Made by a program: the position numbers and the translations under genes. The notes below the pieces were generated by a model. It was not told where the DNA came from and did not search any database. It worked only from the letters and a program-made list of their open reading frames with translations. 64,000 nucleotides of DNA from Octopus vulgaris. Taxonomy: Eukaryota. The DNA lies in contig OX597824.1 in NCBI GenBank assembly GCA_951406725.2, forward strand, positions 67,022,001 through 67,086,000, read 5' to 3'. Of this stretch, positions 12,031 to 25,289 are shown in pieces (the stretch's first letter is position 1; each line of letters opens with the position of its first letter).

Positions 12031-12440
12031 ATAGGTGCTGACATGGTTGTGTTGTTAAGAAGCTTGCATTGCAACCAAATGGTTTCGGTTTCAGTTCCAC
12101 TGTACAGCACTTCGAACAAACATCTTTTACATTAGCTCTGGCCATCTTATACTTTATGAGTGAATTTGGTAGGCTGAAAGTGTGTGGAAGCCCATCATAT
12201 GTGTGTGTATGTGTGTGTGTGTGTGTGTGTCTGTCTGTTTTTGTGTTTGTCTTCTGCCATTGCTTGATGACTGGTATTGGCTTGTTTATGCCCCTGTAAC
12301 TTAGCAGTTTGACACAAGAGACCAATAAAATAAAGGACTTAAAAAGTAAGTACTGTGGTCAATTTGCTTGACTAAACCCATCAAGGCAGTGCCCCAGCAT
12401 GGCCACAGTTCAATGACTGAAACAAGATAAAAGATAAAAT
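12031..12440 (+). mobile_element. SINE family A
   Basis: Same head, internal (TG)n and ccagcatggccacag..aatgactgaaacaag tail as 5408-5790. Confidence 0.8.
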
Positions 12441-12492
12441 ATATAACACTGTATACACACACACATATGTATGCACATACAAACAGGTTTTC

Positions 12493-12995
12493 AGCCCTGT
12501 ATCGCTAGGCACAGACTCTGTAAACGGGAGCTATGGTAACTCTGTATTATTGGGTACAGACTATGCAAAAAGAAAGCATAACAGCCCTGTTTTACTAAGT
12601 ACAATCTGTGTAAGAGAAAGCTACTGTTGCCCCGTATTACTAGGTAGTGACTATGTAAGAGGGACCTGTGTTAGCCCTATATTACCAGGTACAGACAATA
12701 TAAGAGGGAACTATTTTAGCCCTGTATTACTTGGTTCAGACTACATAAGAGGGAGCTTGGGTAGCAGCTCTGTATTACTAGATGTAGACTATGTAAGAGT
12801 GGACCATGGTAGCCTTGTATTACTAGTTAGTGACTATGTAACAGGGGACTATGGTAGCTCTGTATTATTAGATACAGACTATGCAAAAGAAAGCATAGTA
12901 CCCCTATATTACTAGGTACAAACTATATAAGAGGAAGCTATTGTATTATTAGGTAGAGTCTATGTGAGAGGGTGCTATAATATTTTTGTATTACT
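12493..12995 (+). repeat. 45-bp minisatellite, about 11 diverged units
   Basis: Consensus cctgtattactaggtacagactatgtaagagggaactatggtagc; translates as a 15-aa repeat SPVLLGxDYVRGxYG in ORF 12550-12915. Confidence 0.9.
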
Positions 12996-13615
12996 TCAAG
13001 ACTTAGATTTAGGTACCATTAAATATATGTAGCACAGCAACAAAATTGCAAAGCTTTCTCTAGAAATAATTAATTCTGTCACCAGCTTCTAGAATAATAC
13101 CAAAATAGTCAAAATATGAATATAAAAACAAGGCCCAAACTATGAGTCATGTTAACAATCTTAGCTCTCAATATACATCTATTTCTAGTAAGCTAACAAG
13201 GAAACATCTATGGGGTTACACAATCTACTAGAGATTGCAGCCAGATCATCCTCAAACAGCTCTTTATCATCTTTAAAGCGAAAGTCCATGCTGGACAATG
13301 CATCTCAAAATATACAATGTCAAAGAAAAGAGTGTAATGGTCATGGCTGAAAAGTCTGGACCAATTTGGAGTAAACAGCAACTGCAACATGTGTATTCCT
13401 TGTGTTGTAAAATTACCTCTCAATACTAATTCTTCCTAGCTATATCATGTATTCTACATTATTCTATAAATATATTGGATCACTGTCACTTTAAACATAT
13501 GGTGTGTGTCTCTGTGTGTGTACACTGTACGTATGCATTTTAATTGGTGCAAGGTTTAACATGTTACCAAAAGGGCTAAGCACAACAGAAATGTTTCATG
13601 CTCTCTCTCTCTCAG

Positions 13616-13646
<31 letters not shown>

Positions 13647-13882
13647 ATTAGTGAATGACATGAGAACAGGAGTTCCATAATCATTTTCATTTGCTTAAAG
13701 CTATATCTGTCATTAGAAGTATTGCTTGTAGAGCTGTGTGCTCATGTGACATTTTGTAGCTTTCTTGAAGTCATTTAAATGAAATGTATATTTATTGCAG
13801 GAAGCACTTAAATAAATACAGTTGGTTGCATGCAGAATGATATATATAATACAGTTTAAGGAGGAAAACCCTGGTTAGAGAC

Positions 13883-13970
<88 letters not shown>

Positions 13971-13976
<6 letters not shown>

Positions 13977-14280
13977 TAGAAAAAAACCACCTTTTATCAA
14001 TTCAAAATGAACAATTAAATTACAGCATCTAGAAAATTACATATAATAGAAATATTAAAATTAAAATAACAATAATATACCGATAATTAAGTAAATTGCA
14101 AAATAATAATAAACACGTATATATTTTATTATTATTTTTTATTATTATTTTGCAATTTACTTAATTATCAGTATATTATTGTTATTTTGATTTTAATATT
14201 TCTATTTTATGTAATTTTCTAGATGTTGCAATTTAATTGTTTATTTTGAATTGCTAAAAGGTGGTTTTTTTCTAATTTAT
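13971..14280. repeat. AT-rich palindrome (about 143-bp arms, 24-bp spacer) in (TA)n
   Basis: 13971-14113 is the reverse complement of 14138-14280 with scattered mismatches (aaattagaaaaaaaccacctttt ... aaaaggtggtttttttctaattt). Confidence 0.9.
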
Positions 14281-14951
14281 ATATATATATATATATATAT
14301 ATTATATTTTGTGAAATTTGATTTAGTATTTCTAAATTGAATTTTTCCCTGTAAGTTAGGAATAATATTCCCTCAAATAATTATTATTATATATATATAA
14401 ATCTTTAGTTAAATATATTCAATGAGAATATTATATACTGAATTTATATTGAGTGCTCTGTTGTATCAAAGTATTTATATATTCAATACAAGCGATTATA
14501 TATATTTTATAATATATTATTATTAATATCAGGAAATTAATATTAGAAAATTCTTCAGAAAGATATATACTTGTGTAAAATAATTGTTGTATTAAAAATA
14601 TAAATATATATAAAAATCATCATTTAACGCCCGCTTTCCATGCTAGCATGGGTTGGACCCAAAATATGTAAATATGTATCAGTTTAAATATATAATGTAT
14701 ATGACACTTTAAAATTTTTTGAATTAAGTTTTTAAAGCATCTTACGATTGTTTCATGGAAGTGCTGTCACTATAATGAAATCCTATATTGATAAGCATTT
14801 ATAGACAACTCTTCTGCTCTTCAGAGATATAAAATTTGAATTTTGTATAACATATTGAATGGTAGTTTAAAAAAAAAATACACACACACACACATACATA
14901 TATGTATAGGTAGCTTTTCTCTGTCCATTGCAAAGAAACACTTACTCACAG

Positions 14952-14988
<37 letters not shown>

Positions 14989-17814
14989 TATAAAGACATA
15001 ATACACACATGCATACATACATACGTCTACAATACACCATTTCAAACTCATGATTACCTGTGTGTACACATTGGCATAGGATTGGGGATAGGGAAAGGAG
15101 CAGAACTAAAACAGGAACTGAACAAGGAATGGGATAGGACATGAAACAGTGTAATGGGAAGACGAATTGGAAATAACCCCTGCTTTTCCGGGTATTACTG
15201 GGTAATTCAGTTAGTATATATATATCAGTGGAAATGTTTGCTCTACTTCTACTCCCTCTTTGTCAATGAGAAAATTAAATAGATCTTCACACAATAACAA
15301 ATATTCATTCTTAATATGTTCCAGCAGATTTACACATGAATATGCAAATCGCAACTGTATTTTGTCTATGGTCACCATATTCTCCTTACAGATGATACAT
15401 GTTCCTAACACACTTCATTCATTAAAGTAAAGAGATGGTGAGACACTGCAGTGCCTCAATCTAATCGTATTTCCTCAGTATAAGCTATCTGCCAGACCAA
15501 TGAACCTGGATATGATCTGTGGCTCTTGTTTATAAAAATCAAAAAATAAATTATTTGTTGATGCATGCTGATGTCTTTCAAACTGATTATAAATTGGCAT
15601 GCACATGGTAAGCAATGAAAATCACAGCAATAACATAGATATTAATCAGATTCAAACATAGATATGCTCATCAATATCATCTATAAAGAACAACTTCACC
15701 TTGTAGACTTTCTATGCATTACACATATAATTCATTGTGGTAAGGGAACTTGAGACACTGACATTTTAACCGGGTTGTGACTCAACCCTTTCCTCGATGA
15801 CTTTTTTTTTTGAGAAAACATTTCATTTTCAGACGAATTTTTTCTTTATCAGATGAGCTTGCACTCTCATCTGATGTATCCAAGCTTCTAACAGAAGGTG
15901 TTCATACTCATTGTCATCTTCTGAGCTCAACATCTTGGTGCAATTTGTAAAAAAAAAAAAAAACAGCAGGAGTGGTTGTATGGTAAGTAGCTTGCTTACC
16001 AACCAGATATGGTTCTGGCTGTGGGGAAATATTACCTTGCTTGGAAACAGGTGAGGATTGGCAACAGAAAGATGAGGGTTAGCCATAGAAAATCTGCCTC
16101 GATAAGCTGTTTGACCCATGAGAAAGTGGATGTTACGATGATGATGATGATGATAATTCCTTCTTCATAATGGTGTTGGACAATTTTGATAAGTTTACAA
16201 CCAATAGAGTAATTGGTCTGCCCCATTTTCCTATCTTCAAAAGTTTCTCCTCTCAAAAAAAAAACCTGGGATAGATAGTACCAGTAATTCAAAAGATCAG
16301 CCTTGCCACATATTGTGTCAAGTTGATTCATGTTTGTGCATTATATTAGGAATATAAGTACCTGTGGAATACTCAGCCACTTAGACAATTGTAATTGTAA
16401 ACAAGAACACAAAACACATAAACTTAAACACACACAAACAATACAAACTTACACATAAACTCACATACACACACAGATGTACACACATGCAAGTTCACAA
16501 GTACACATAAATACAGACACACATACACACACGCACATATACACACACACACACACACACAGAAGTACACGTGCATATCCATAAGTATACATACATGCAT
16601 GTTCACAAATCTATATGCACACAAAACATACACGTAAACATATACAGATGTATAGGTCTATGTTTACAAGTATACACACACACACACACACACATACTAT
16701 ATAGAGTTACAAATTTATACACACACACACATGTATGCATATGCCTGTTTACAAGTACACATATACACACACATTTTTGTTCCCAAGTACACATACAAAC
16801 ACACACCCACACAACACATATTCGCATACATATACAGAAGTACACATATGCATGTTCACAAGTACACACCACACACACAAACACACATACACACAAACAA
16901 ACACACACACACACACACACATTCCCTTATCAGAACAAAAGAGAAGAATCCTCATATTTAAGGGGTCTGCGAGAAGGAAGAGGGATGTGTTATATTATGA
17001 AGGGGGTGGAAGGGGAAATAAAGATTCACAAGTGCAGCTCCTTAGAGTCTAAGGACATAGTTAATGGTCCAGTGCCATGAATATTCATTGCAAAGCTCCA
17101 TTTGGGAGCCAAAGAAAATACAAGGAGGGCATGCCTGAACCCTTAACTGAATCATAAATCTCAGAAGATTCAGTTTGTTAACAACTGGGGCCATTTATTG
17201 GGTAAGGATAGATCCTTAATAAAATCAGAATAGGCTTTATTTTACAAAAACCCTTAAATTTGTAAGAGATTAAAATATTAGGTTAAATAATTATATTTAT
17301 CCATTGTAACATTATGATAATAATAATCATTATTATTATTACGCATCTATTATAGTTGTGGAGGTGGTGTTGGTGATGATGGTGATGGTGTTAGTGGTGA
17401 TGATGATGGTGGTGTTGGCGATGATGATGATGCTATATAAATACATATCTGAGAGAGAGAGGGAGGAAGTGTGTGCATAGGTTTATGTGGGTGTGTACAT
17501 GTATAGATGTAGATGTATGTGTGTGTACATCTGCATGTAGATGTATATGTGTGTGTATGTGTGCGTGTGTGTGTGTGTGTGTGTAATGTACATGCATGCT
17601 GGTTTTAACAACAAGTGTAAACCATTATCTCCAGTGCTTCATAAAAACCTATGTTATATCCCCTTTATGTCCTGTAATATTGCAGTTTGGCAAATAGAAC
17701 CTGATCAAATAAAAGCCAGACTGAAACAAATACTGGGTAAGGGGAGTTGATATACTTGACTAAACTTTTGAAGGTGGTGTTCCAGTATAGTTACAGTCCA
17801 ATGACTGGAATCAG

Positions 17815-17876
<62 letters not shown>

Positions 17877-17891
17877 CAGATAGACAGATAG

Positions 17892-17930
<39 letters not shown>

Positions 17931-18094
17931 TAATATAAATAGAGAATAATTGATTTATCAATCTATTTACCTATGTATGTAGCCTTCTATCTATAGAAGG
18001 ATAGATAGATAAATCGACAGGTATATATATTTGTGTGCGTGTGTGTATGTGTGTGTGGAGAGAGAAAAGTGAGAGATGATAGACAGATAGATAA

Positions 18095-18166
<72 letters not shown>

Positions 18167-18839
18167 TTTGACAGGTATATATATATATATATATATATAT
18201 ATTGACTTATAGATAGATGGAAGGATAGACAGATAGATAGACGGAGAGAAAGACCAAAGAAAGAGGCTATACAATGCCACCCCCTTCTTATATCCCCACC
18301 GACCAACTTTTTCACTAAAGATACAGAACTTTACATCATGAATGTGTATGTGCAATGTGGTGGTGGTAAGGAGATTCATTGGGGAAAGAGGTGGTGTGGT
18401 GTTGTCTGATGTGTGTTGTATCCCTTCTCATCATTACCCCACTCTATGACAGGGATGACGTGATGCCAAGAAGCAGGAGGAAGGGTTAAGAGGAGGGAGG
18501 ATGGTTGTGCATTTATGGATGTGGATGGGAAGGTAAGGGAGATAAATATTGTTTAATGTTTCACTATCACCACCACCACCTCTTCCACAGTACTGACAAC
18601 ACCTCCCCCAACATTGACGACCTCATCTACCTACTACCATTACTACAACTAATATTCTTACCACCACCACCACCACCAATATCATCATCACCACCACTAT
18701 CTCAACAGCCAATACCATCACCATCTTCACCACTATCACTATCTTCGGCATTAATAATATCTTCAACTCCACCGATATCTCAGTTTAACACCCCCACCAT
18801 TGATACCAATACCAACACCACAAACTCAAAAGGGTGATT

Positions 18840-19304
18840 AAGGTGAGAGAAAGAGGGAGAGGCAGTGTAAAGAGCAGGGATAGAGAGATAGAGTGAGAAG
18901 AAGAGAGACTTAGAGAGAGAAGGTGTAAGGGAGAAAAAGGAAAGAAAAAGAGAGTGAGATGGAAAGACAGAAATTGAGAGAGAGGGGAAAACAAAAAGGG
19001 AGAGAAAGAGAGACAGATACAGAGAAAGCGAGAGAGAGGGAGAGAGAGAAAGTAGAGAACAGATGAAGGCGAGAGAGAAAAAGAGAAAGAAAGAGAAAGA
19101 AAAGAAAGAGGGAGAAAAAGAAAGGAAAGAAGAGAAAGAGGAAGAGAGAGAGAGAAAGTAGAGAAGAGATAAAGGCAAGACAGAAAGAGAAAGTAAAGAA
19201 GAGAAAGGAGAAAGAGAAAGGAAAGAAGAGAAAGGGAGAGAGAAAGAGATAGTTAGAAAGTGTGAAATTTAGAGACAAAAACCGAGTGAGAGAGAGAGAG
19301 ATAA

Positions 19305-19370
<66 letters not shown>
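18840..19370 (+). repeat. About 530-bp GA-rich polypurine tract
   Basis: Almost exclusively A/G, ending in (GATA)/(GA)n. Confidence 0.9.
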
Positions 19371-19715
19371 GCAAAAAAGTTTATAGTTCCAGAGTTGCAA
19401 TCCAAGCAGAAAGAGATGGGGAAAGGGAGAGGAATTGTTTGATGTCTTCTAGAATAATCTACCCACACCAGTCCTCCCCTACTCCGTCACTTCTGATTTC
19501 CCAATGACTCGCGATGCATGCAGAGGTGTGTGTGTGTGTGTGTGTGTGAAAGAAAGAGACAGACTGAGGTTGGGGTTTCAAATCATGACTCAGACGCCTT
19601 TAATTATATTTGGGTTTCTGTTGTTCAGATGAAAAGATAAAAGAAAGAATGAGGGAAATAATGTAAAGAGTGGGGAGGTAGGGGGTGTTTATATGTGTGT
19701 ATGAGCATGTGTGCA

Positions 19716-19746
<31 letters not shown>

Positions 19747-19833
19747 GTGTATAGGAATGTGGTTCCTTAATGGGAGTCTGGAATTGCATTCCTGGGAGAT
19801 GACCATTTGACTGTCCTATCAGACAGACAGACA

Positions 19834-19895
<62 letters not shown>

Positions 19896-19919
19896 TTATT
19901 ATAAGACACCTCATATGAG

Positions 19920-20125
19920 TACCCCTATGTGGTTATTTGACTTACTGGAAATAGCAACCAAGTTCTCAAATCACATACTGTAATCTTAAAAAAAAAAAGA
20001 AATACATATTAGATTGTGCAGTCCAGGGCACATTGTCTGAATATAAGATGAAATGGTCACAGATGGAATGTCTTTGATTATAGATCTGCTTCTTCAGTAT
20101 TAACCAGAGGTTAAACACCAACAAC
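19920..20125 (+). mobile_element. Dispersed repeat family G (probable LINE/SINE 3' end with AAC tail); related copies ~3385-3610, 32970-33150, 42240-42390, 54100-54580
   Basis: Shared gaaatagca.ccaa...ctcaaatcac...atggtcacag.tggaatg.ctttgat.atag motif. Confidence 0.5.
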
Positions 20126-20544
20126 ATTACTTATACATTTGTAGAAATAGCAGCATAATTCCTCTTTCAAATCATAAGCTAAAATCTTAAAGAAGGACAC
20201 ACATGTAGCAGTCTTATGCAGACGATATTTTAGTTTCCACTGTTATTTTGGACAAACAATGACTTGTACTCTCAGGCCCAATTTTTTTACTATTTTAATA
20301 GAACACAATTTTTCACTCTCTTTACTGTTACTGGCAGCCTTAGTAAACTGTTTACACTATACATGTGTGTGTGTGTGTACATACATCCATACATACATGC
20401 ATATATACATGCATACATACACTCTCTGTAGTAGTGTTTTTCAATTACTGAGTGATATTCCAGAAGTCAAAATTATGATATATTTAGATCTGAATAAATG
20501 TTTTAAATCAACAAAATGACTTCATAGCTGTACCTTAAAATATA

Positions 20545-20822
20545 TAGTTTACCTAACACTATGTATCTAAACACATTTATCTAATACTGTTTATCTAAAC
20601 ACATTTACCTAAGGCTGTAAATGTGTTTAGACATACAGCCTTAGGTAACACATCTAACCCCTCCATCTAAGCACATTTTCTTAATGATATTCATCTAAAC
20701 ACATTTTGATAATGCTGTGTATCTCAACACATTTACTTAATGTTATGTTTCTAAACACATGTATCTAAACACATTTATCTAAACCCATATATCTGAATAT
20801 ATTTACCTAGTGCTGTATATCA
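20545..20822 (+). repeat. About 28-bp minisatellite with one inverted unit
   Basis: tatctaaacacatttacctaa.gctgt repeats; 20618-20648 is a reverse-complement unit. Confidence 0.8.
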
Positions 20823-21200
20823 AAGCACCTTTAGGAATCACAAAATAACTATAAATGGTAAAATACAGAGGAAAGTGACCCAAGCAGAATTTGAAACTCT
20901 GAACCCAGATGGTTAAAACCAATGATAATGGACTACGAGAAATAATAATCAAAGCTCTCTGAAACCACAGACTATTTTTGAAATAGATGGACACATGATA
21001 TGATGCAGTTTAAGATAACTATATCTAAAAAAACAACATAACAAAAATAAAAGTAAAACACTAGGATTATTGTAGCTGGAACATGTTTGATCACAGTTCT
21101 TCTTAGTCAGGACTGACCAAGAGTTAATCAACAATTTAATATAGCTAAATATTTACTCTGAAGCTCTACCAACTTAGCCACTATCACTTCCAGTACCACA

Positions 21201-21264
<64 letters not shown>

Positions 21265-21267
21265 AAT

Positions 21268-21799
21268 GGACACTTTGCAACAAGTATGGACTTCACAGAT
21301 CAAAAAATTGGTACGACCACAAACCTGAAGGCATTGTCGAAAATAGAAATGCAAAGATCCTATTGGATTTTATGATTCAGTGCGACCATGAGATTGAGAA
21401 TAGGAAGCTAGACATAGTCTTAATTGATAAAGAAAACAAATTATGCTGGATCATAGACATAGCATGCCCAGCTGACAACAAGGTATGCAATAAGGAAGAA
21501 AGAAAAGTCAAGAGATATGATAGGTTAGCTCAGGAAGTTAAGCAGTTGTGGTCGATGAAAAAGGTAGCAGTAGTACTAATAATTGTCGGAGCCCTGGGAA
21601 CAGTGGGCAAAGATCTCAAGAAGTATGTGGAACAAATAGGGGCTGTAATAAGGGTAGAGCACTTGCAGAAAACATCACTGTTTGGAACCACTTGAATACT
21701 CTGGAAGGTGCTCGGAAAATAAGAGGTGTTACCTTAGTTCACTGGTAGTGAACAGCTGACACTGTAATACATCTCCAGTGTGAGGAGCTGTGCAAAGGC
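21268..21799 (+). mobile_element. 5'-truncated R4/Dong-clade non-LTR retrotransposon (restriction-like endonuclease domain)
   Basis: WTLCNKYGLHRSKNWYDHKPEGIVENRNAKILLDFMIQCDHEIENRKLDIV...IIDIACPAD...K..RY..L...VGALG matches the R(K)PD...D..P...K..KY RLE signature; flanked by (AAT)n and (AAC)n(AAT)n. Confidence 0.85.
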
Positions 21800-21834
21800 A
21801 ACAACAACAACAACAACAATAATAATAATAATAA

Positions 21835-22277
21835 TTTTGGCACAAGGCCAGCAATTGCAGGGCCAGAAGTGGTGGTGTGTGTGGGAGAGAGAGTCGATTA
21901 CATCAACCCCAGTGTTCCACTGGTACTTATTTTACTGACCTTGAAAAGATGAAAGACAAAGCTGACCTCAGCAGAATTTGAACTCAGAACATAAAGACAG
22001 ACAAAATGCCACTAAGCATTTTCCCCTGGCATGCTTAATGATGCTGCCAGCTCACCCCCTTAATGGTTTCATATTCTGCCACAAGGACAACAGTTTTAGA
22101 GGAGGGGATGAGTCAATTACATTGACCCCACTGTTCAACTGCCACCTATTTTATCGACCCCCGAAATGATGAAAGGCAAAGTTGACAATGGAGGAATTCC
22201 AACACAGAGTGTAAAGATGGATGAAATGCCACTAAGCATTTTGCCTGGCATGCTAACAATTCTGCTGGCTCACCACC

Positions 22278-22280
<3 letters not shown>
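21835..22280 (-). mobile_element. Two tandem SINE family-B copies
   Basis: ggcacaagg...acattgacccc...gatgaaag.caaag...ctgccagctcacc units. Confidence 0.8.
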
Positions 22281-22327
<47 letters not shown>

Positions 22328-22346
22328 CATTTCTAATATAGACACT

Positions 22347-22613
22347 GTGGAGGCGCGTAGCTTAGTGGTTAGGGTGTCAGCACCATGATCGTAAGATTGT
22401 AGTTTCGATTCCTGGACCGGGCGAAGTGTTGTGTTCTTGAGCAAAACACTTCATTTCACGTTGCTCCAGTCCACTCAGCTGGCAAAAATGAGTAATGCTG
22501 CGATGGACTGGCGTCCCGTCCAGCTGGGGAACACATACGCCATAGAAACTGGGAAACCGGGCCCATGAGCCTGGCTAGGCTTTAAAAAAGGGCGCATTTA
22601 TTTATTTTTTTTT
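22347..22613 (+). mobile_element. Young tRNA-derived SINE with 13-bp TSD
   Basis: A box TAGCTTAGTGG, B-box-like GTTTCGATTCC, CORE-like gtgttcttgagcaaaacactt, CpGs retained. TSD taatatagacact at 22334-22346 and 22614-22626. Confidence 0.85.
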
Positions 22614-22804
22614 TAATATAGACACTAGACAATAACATTGATCCCAGTATTTGACTGCTACTTATTTTATTGATCTTGAAAGGATGAGAGCCAAAGCTGA
22701 TCTCTGGAGAATTTGAACTCAGAATGTAAAGACAAGTGAAATGCTGCCAGGCATTTTCTGTCCAGCAAACTAATGATTCTGCCAGCTCACCACTTTACGC
22801 CAGC

Positions 22805-23033
22805 TTAACCTTCTCAATACCACCCGACTGAAACCGACTCTGGCTCAATAGTACAAATGTCTTGTTTTCATAAGTTTTGAATTAAAATCTTCCACCAAAC
22901 CTTAGTCACAATTTATGTTCCTAACAGTAGCTTAATGATAACTAAGTTATTTTACTAAATTCTTTGTTATATTTAAAATTAATTGAACAAAACACAAAAC
23001 ATCTCAAAATAAATATGGTAACATAAGGGTTAA
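22805..23033 (+). mobile_element. TTAA-flanked MITE family F; related copies ~27377-27660, 40847-41185, 42602-42740
   Basis: TTAA-CCTT...ATACC ... GGTAACATAAGGG-TTAA termini; the shared aattaaaatcttcc...aagttattttactaaatt core recurs. Confidence 0.6.
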
Positions 23034-23799
23034 TAATTACAAAAATTAACTGAAACAACAGTAAGGTATTTCAACAAAAATATGGTAACAAGAGTAAATA
23101 AGTTTGTAGGAGTTGTCTGTTCATGTTGTGGTGTGACATAAATGAAACAGAAAATAACAAACAAAACAGAACATTTTTTTTTTTGTTAACCTTCCTTCAA
23201 CAATAACAGAACTTATTCATCAATTTGTCATTTTCATGCTGAAGACTAACAGACAGACATATGGTGAATGACATGTTTGGAAATATTCCTCATTGATTTA
23301 TACTTCTGAAGATAAAGACAACAAACAGATGTTGTAGAAAGAGGAGGGCAAGAGGGGAGAGAGAGAGGGGGAGATTAAAAGTTTTGGGAATACCTAGAAC
23401 ATGGGGTGAGTTATGGGTGCATAAATAGCAGGTGCTGTGATGGTATGGTATTTAATTTAGGGGCACAAAAAAAAAGAAACAATGTAAGATAAAGAACTTG
23501 AATGATGAGTTTGAGAAGGAGTAAGAATAAGAGCAGGGTGTGGGTTTGAGTGGGGTACGCAGATTACAAATTCAGATTACACAACAGAATAACCCCTAAG
23601 AATGAGTACCAGTTTCAAATTAGGGACTAGCAAGTTAGAATTACTTTTTTGAGAGCATGTTGCATATGCATCCATCTTGTCTGACCCTGTGGAAATCTGA
23701 ATGGAATTTTTAAAATGACAAGAAAAAAGTTACAAGAAGTAGAAGGACTATTTCAATATAACTTTTTAATCTGGTTAATCCTTTTTAGAGTTAATTTCA

Positions 23800-24215
23800 A
23801 AAGGAGATGACAGAGGACCGAGATATGTGGCACACAGCTGTACTCAAAAAGACCTACCCACCACAACAGAATTCAGATCTTAAAACCAAGGTGCTACCTA
23901 ATAAGCATTGGTGTGGGTGCTGGTACCATGTAAAAAGCATTGGTACGGGTTTTGATGCCACACAAAAAAGAATTGATGTGGGTGCTAGTTTCACATAAGA
24001 AGCACTGGTAATGGTGCCACATAAAAAATGCCCAGTACATTCTGTAGAGTGGTTGGCATTAGGAGGACATCTAGCCATAGAAACCAAGTCAAAACAGACT
24101 ATGGAACCTGGTGTGGCCCCTAACCATGCCAATTCCTGTCAAGCCATCCAACCTATGCCAGTATGGAAAATGGACATTAAATGTTGATGATAATGATGAT
24201 GATGATGGTGATGGT
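23800..24215 (+). mobile_element. RTE LINE 3' end / 3' UTR
   Basis: MTEDRDMWHTAVLKKT ORF end, gtggttggcattagga..gcatc.agc..tagaaac motif, (GAT)n tail. Confidence 0.7.
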
Positions 24216-25217
24216 GATCTAGTTCTATCTCATTCTGATCATGTGTTCCTAAAACCAGTGGTCCTCAAATTAACAAATTCTAGCCTCACCCACTAAAATA
24301 TAGTGGTGAAATTCCCTATTCTTCACTCTTTATTAACGAGTAGACAAAATTGGGTTTTGTATTCATACATTCTTCTTTCTTTACTACAATGTTGGACAAA
24401 GTCAAAACATTTAAAACCTATCTTATTTCAAGATATACGTCAATTTGTCTGTCCCCTTTTCAATTCTTACCTCTATAAGAATTACAACTTTAACCAAAGT
24501 GAGGCAGTATTTAGAATTGTTACAGTGTCTTAGTTACATGTTCTCATGAAGGCTCCCTTAAACTATTTTGAGTACTACACACAGCAATAAAACTAATTTA
24601 ACTAGGCTATTAATGTGTGTGTGTGTCTGTGAGGGAGGGAGAGAGGGAGAGAGAGAGAGGGGAGAGTGAGAGTAAGTTCACAGCACCAGCTGATGTACTG
24701 TGGATATCTGCTAATAGATAAACAGTCTGGCTATGTAATCATGCATGCATGCTTCTGAGTGTTACCATAGCTGAATGAGTCCCAACTAAATGAAAATTGC
24801 TTCCCTTAGGTTGTAAGGCTTGTGCATTCACTGTAGGGGGGGTTATAATCACCACCACCCCACCAAAATATTTTAGAGCTGAGATAAATATATATATTCT
24901 TATATTGATTTAATTCATGTGTTCCATGGTGCTTACATACATACATGTATATATACATAAACACACCCAACCATTTACCCATCCACATCTATCTATGCAT
25001 ACATACATATATGCATACAAAAATACATGTACATACACATGCAAACACACACACACACACACACACATACATATATATATATGTATGTATATATATATAT
25101 ATGTGTGTATATATACATATATATATAATATATATATATACATATATATCATATATAATATATATACATATATACATATATATACATATATACATATATA
25201 TACATATATACATATAT

Positions 25218-25289
<72 letters not shown>

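Noticed and set aside
12493-12995. CRISPR-like appearance of regular repeats
   Set aside because: Whole 45-bp units are homologous with no unique spacers, there are no cas genes, and the context is eukaryotic.
13190-13430. Possible minus-strand exon (MDFRFKDDKELFEDDLAAISSRLC)
   Set aside because: In-frame stop just upstream and no convincing splice pair; cannot be supported.
21363-21695. Host nuclease gene (also 61807-62157)
   Set aside because: 5'-truncated retrotransposon endonuclease fragments flanked by target repeats, with no promoter or splice structure.
23190-23305. Minus-strand exon after a good acceptor (ctttatcttcag)
   Set aside because: Stops in all frames and only a weak donor (GTTAAC).
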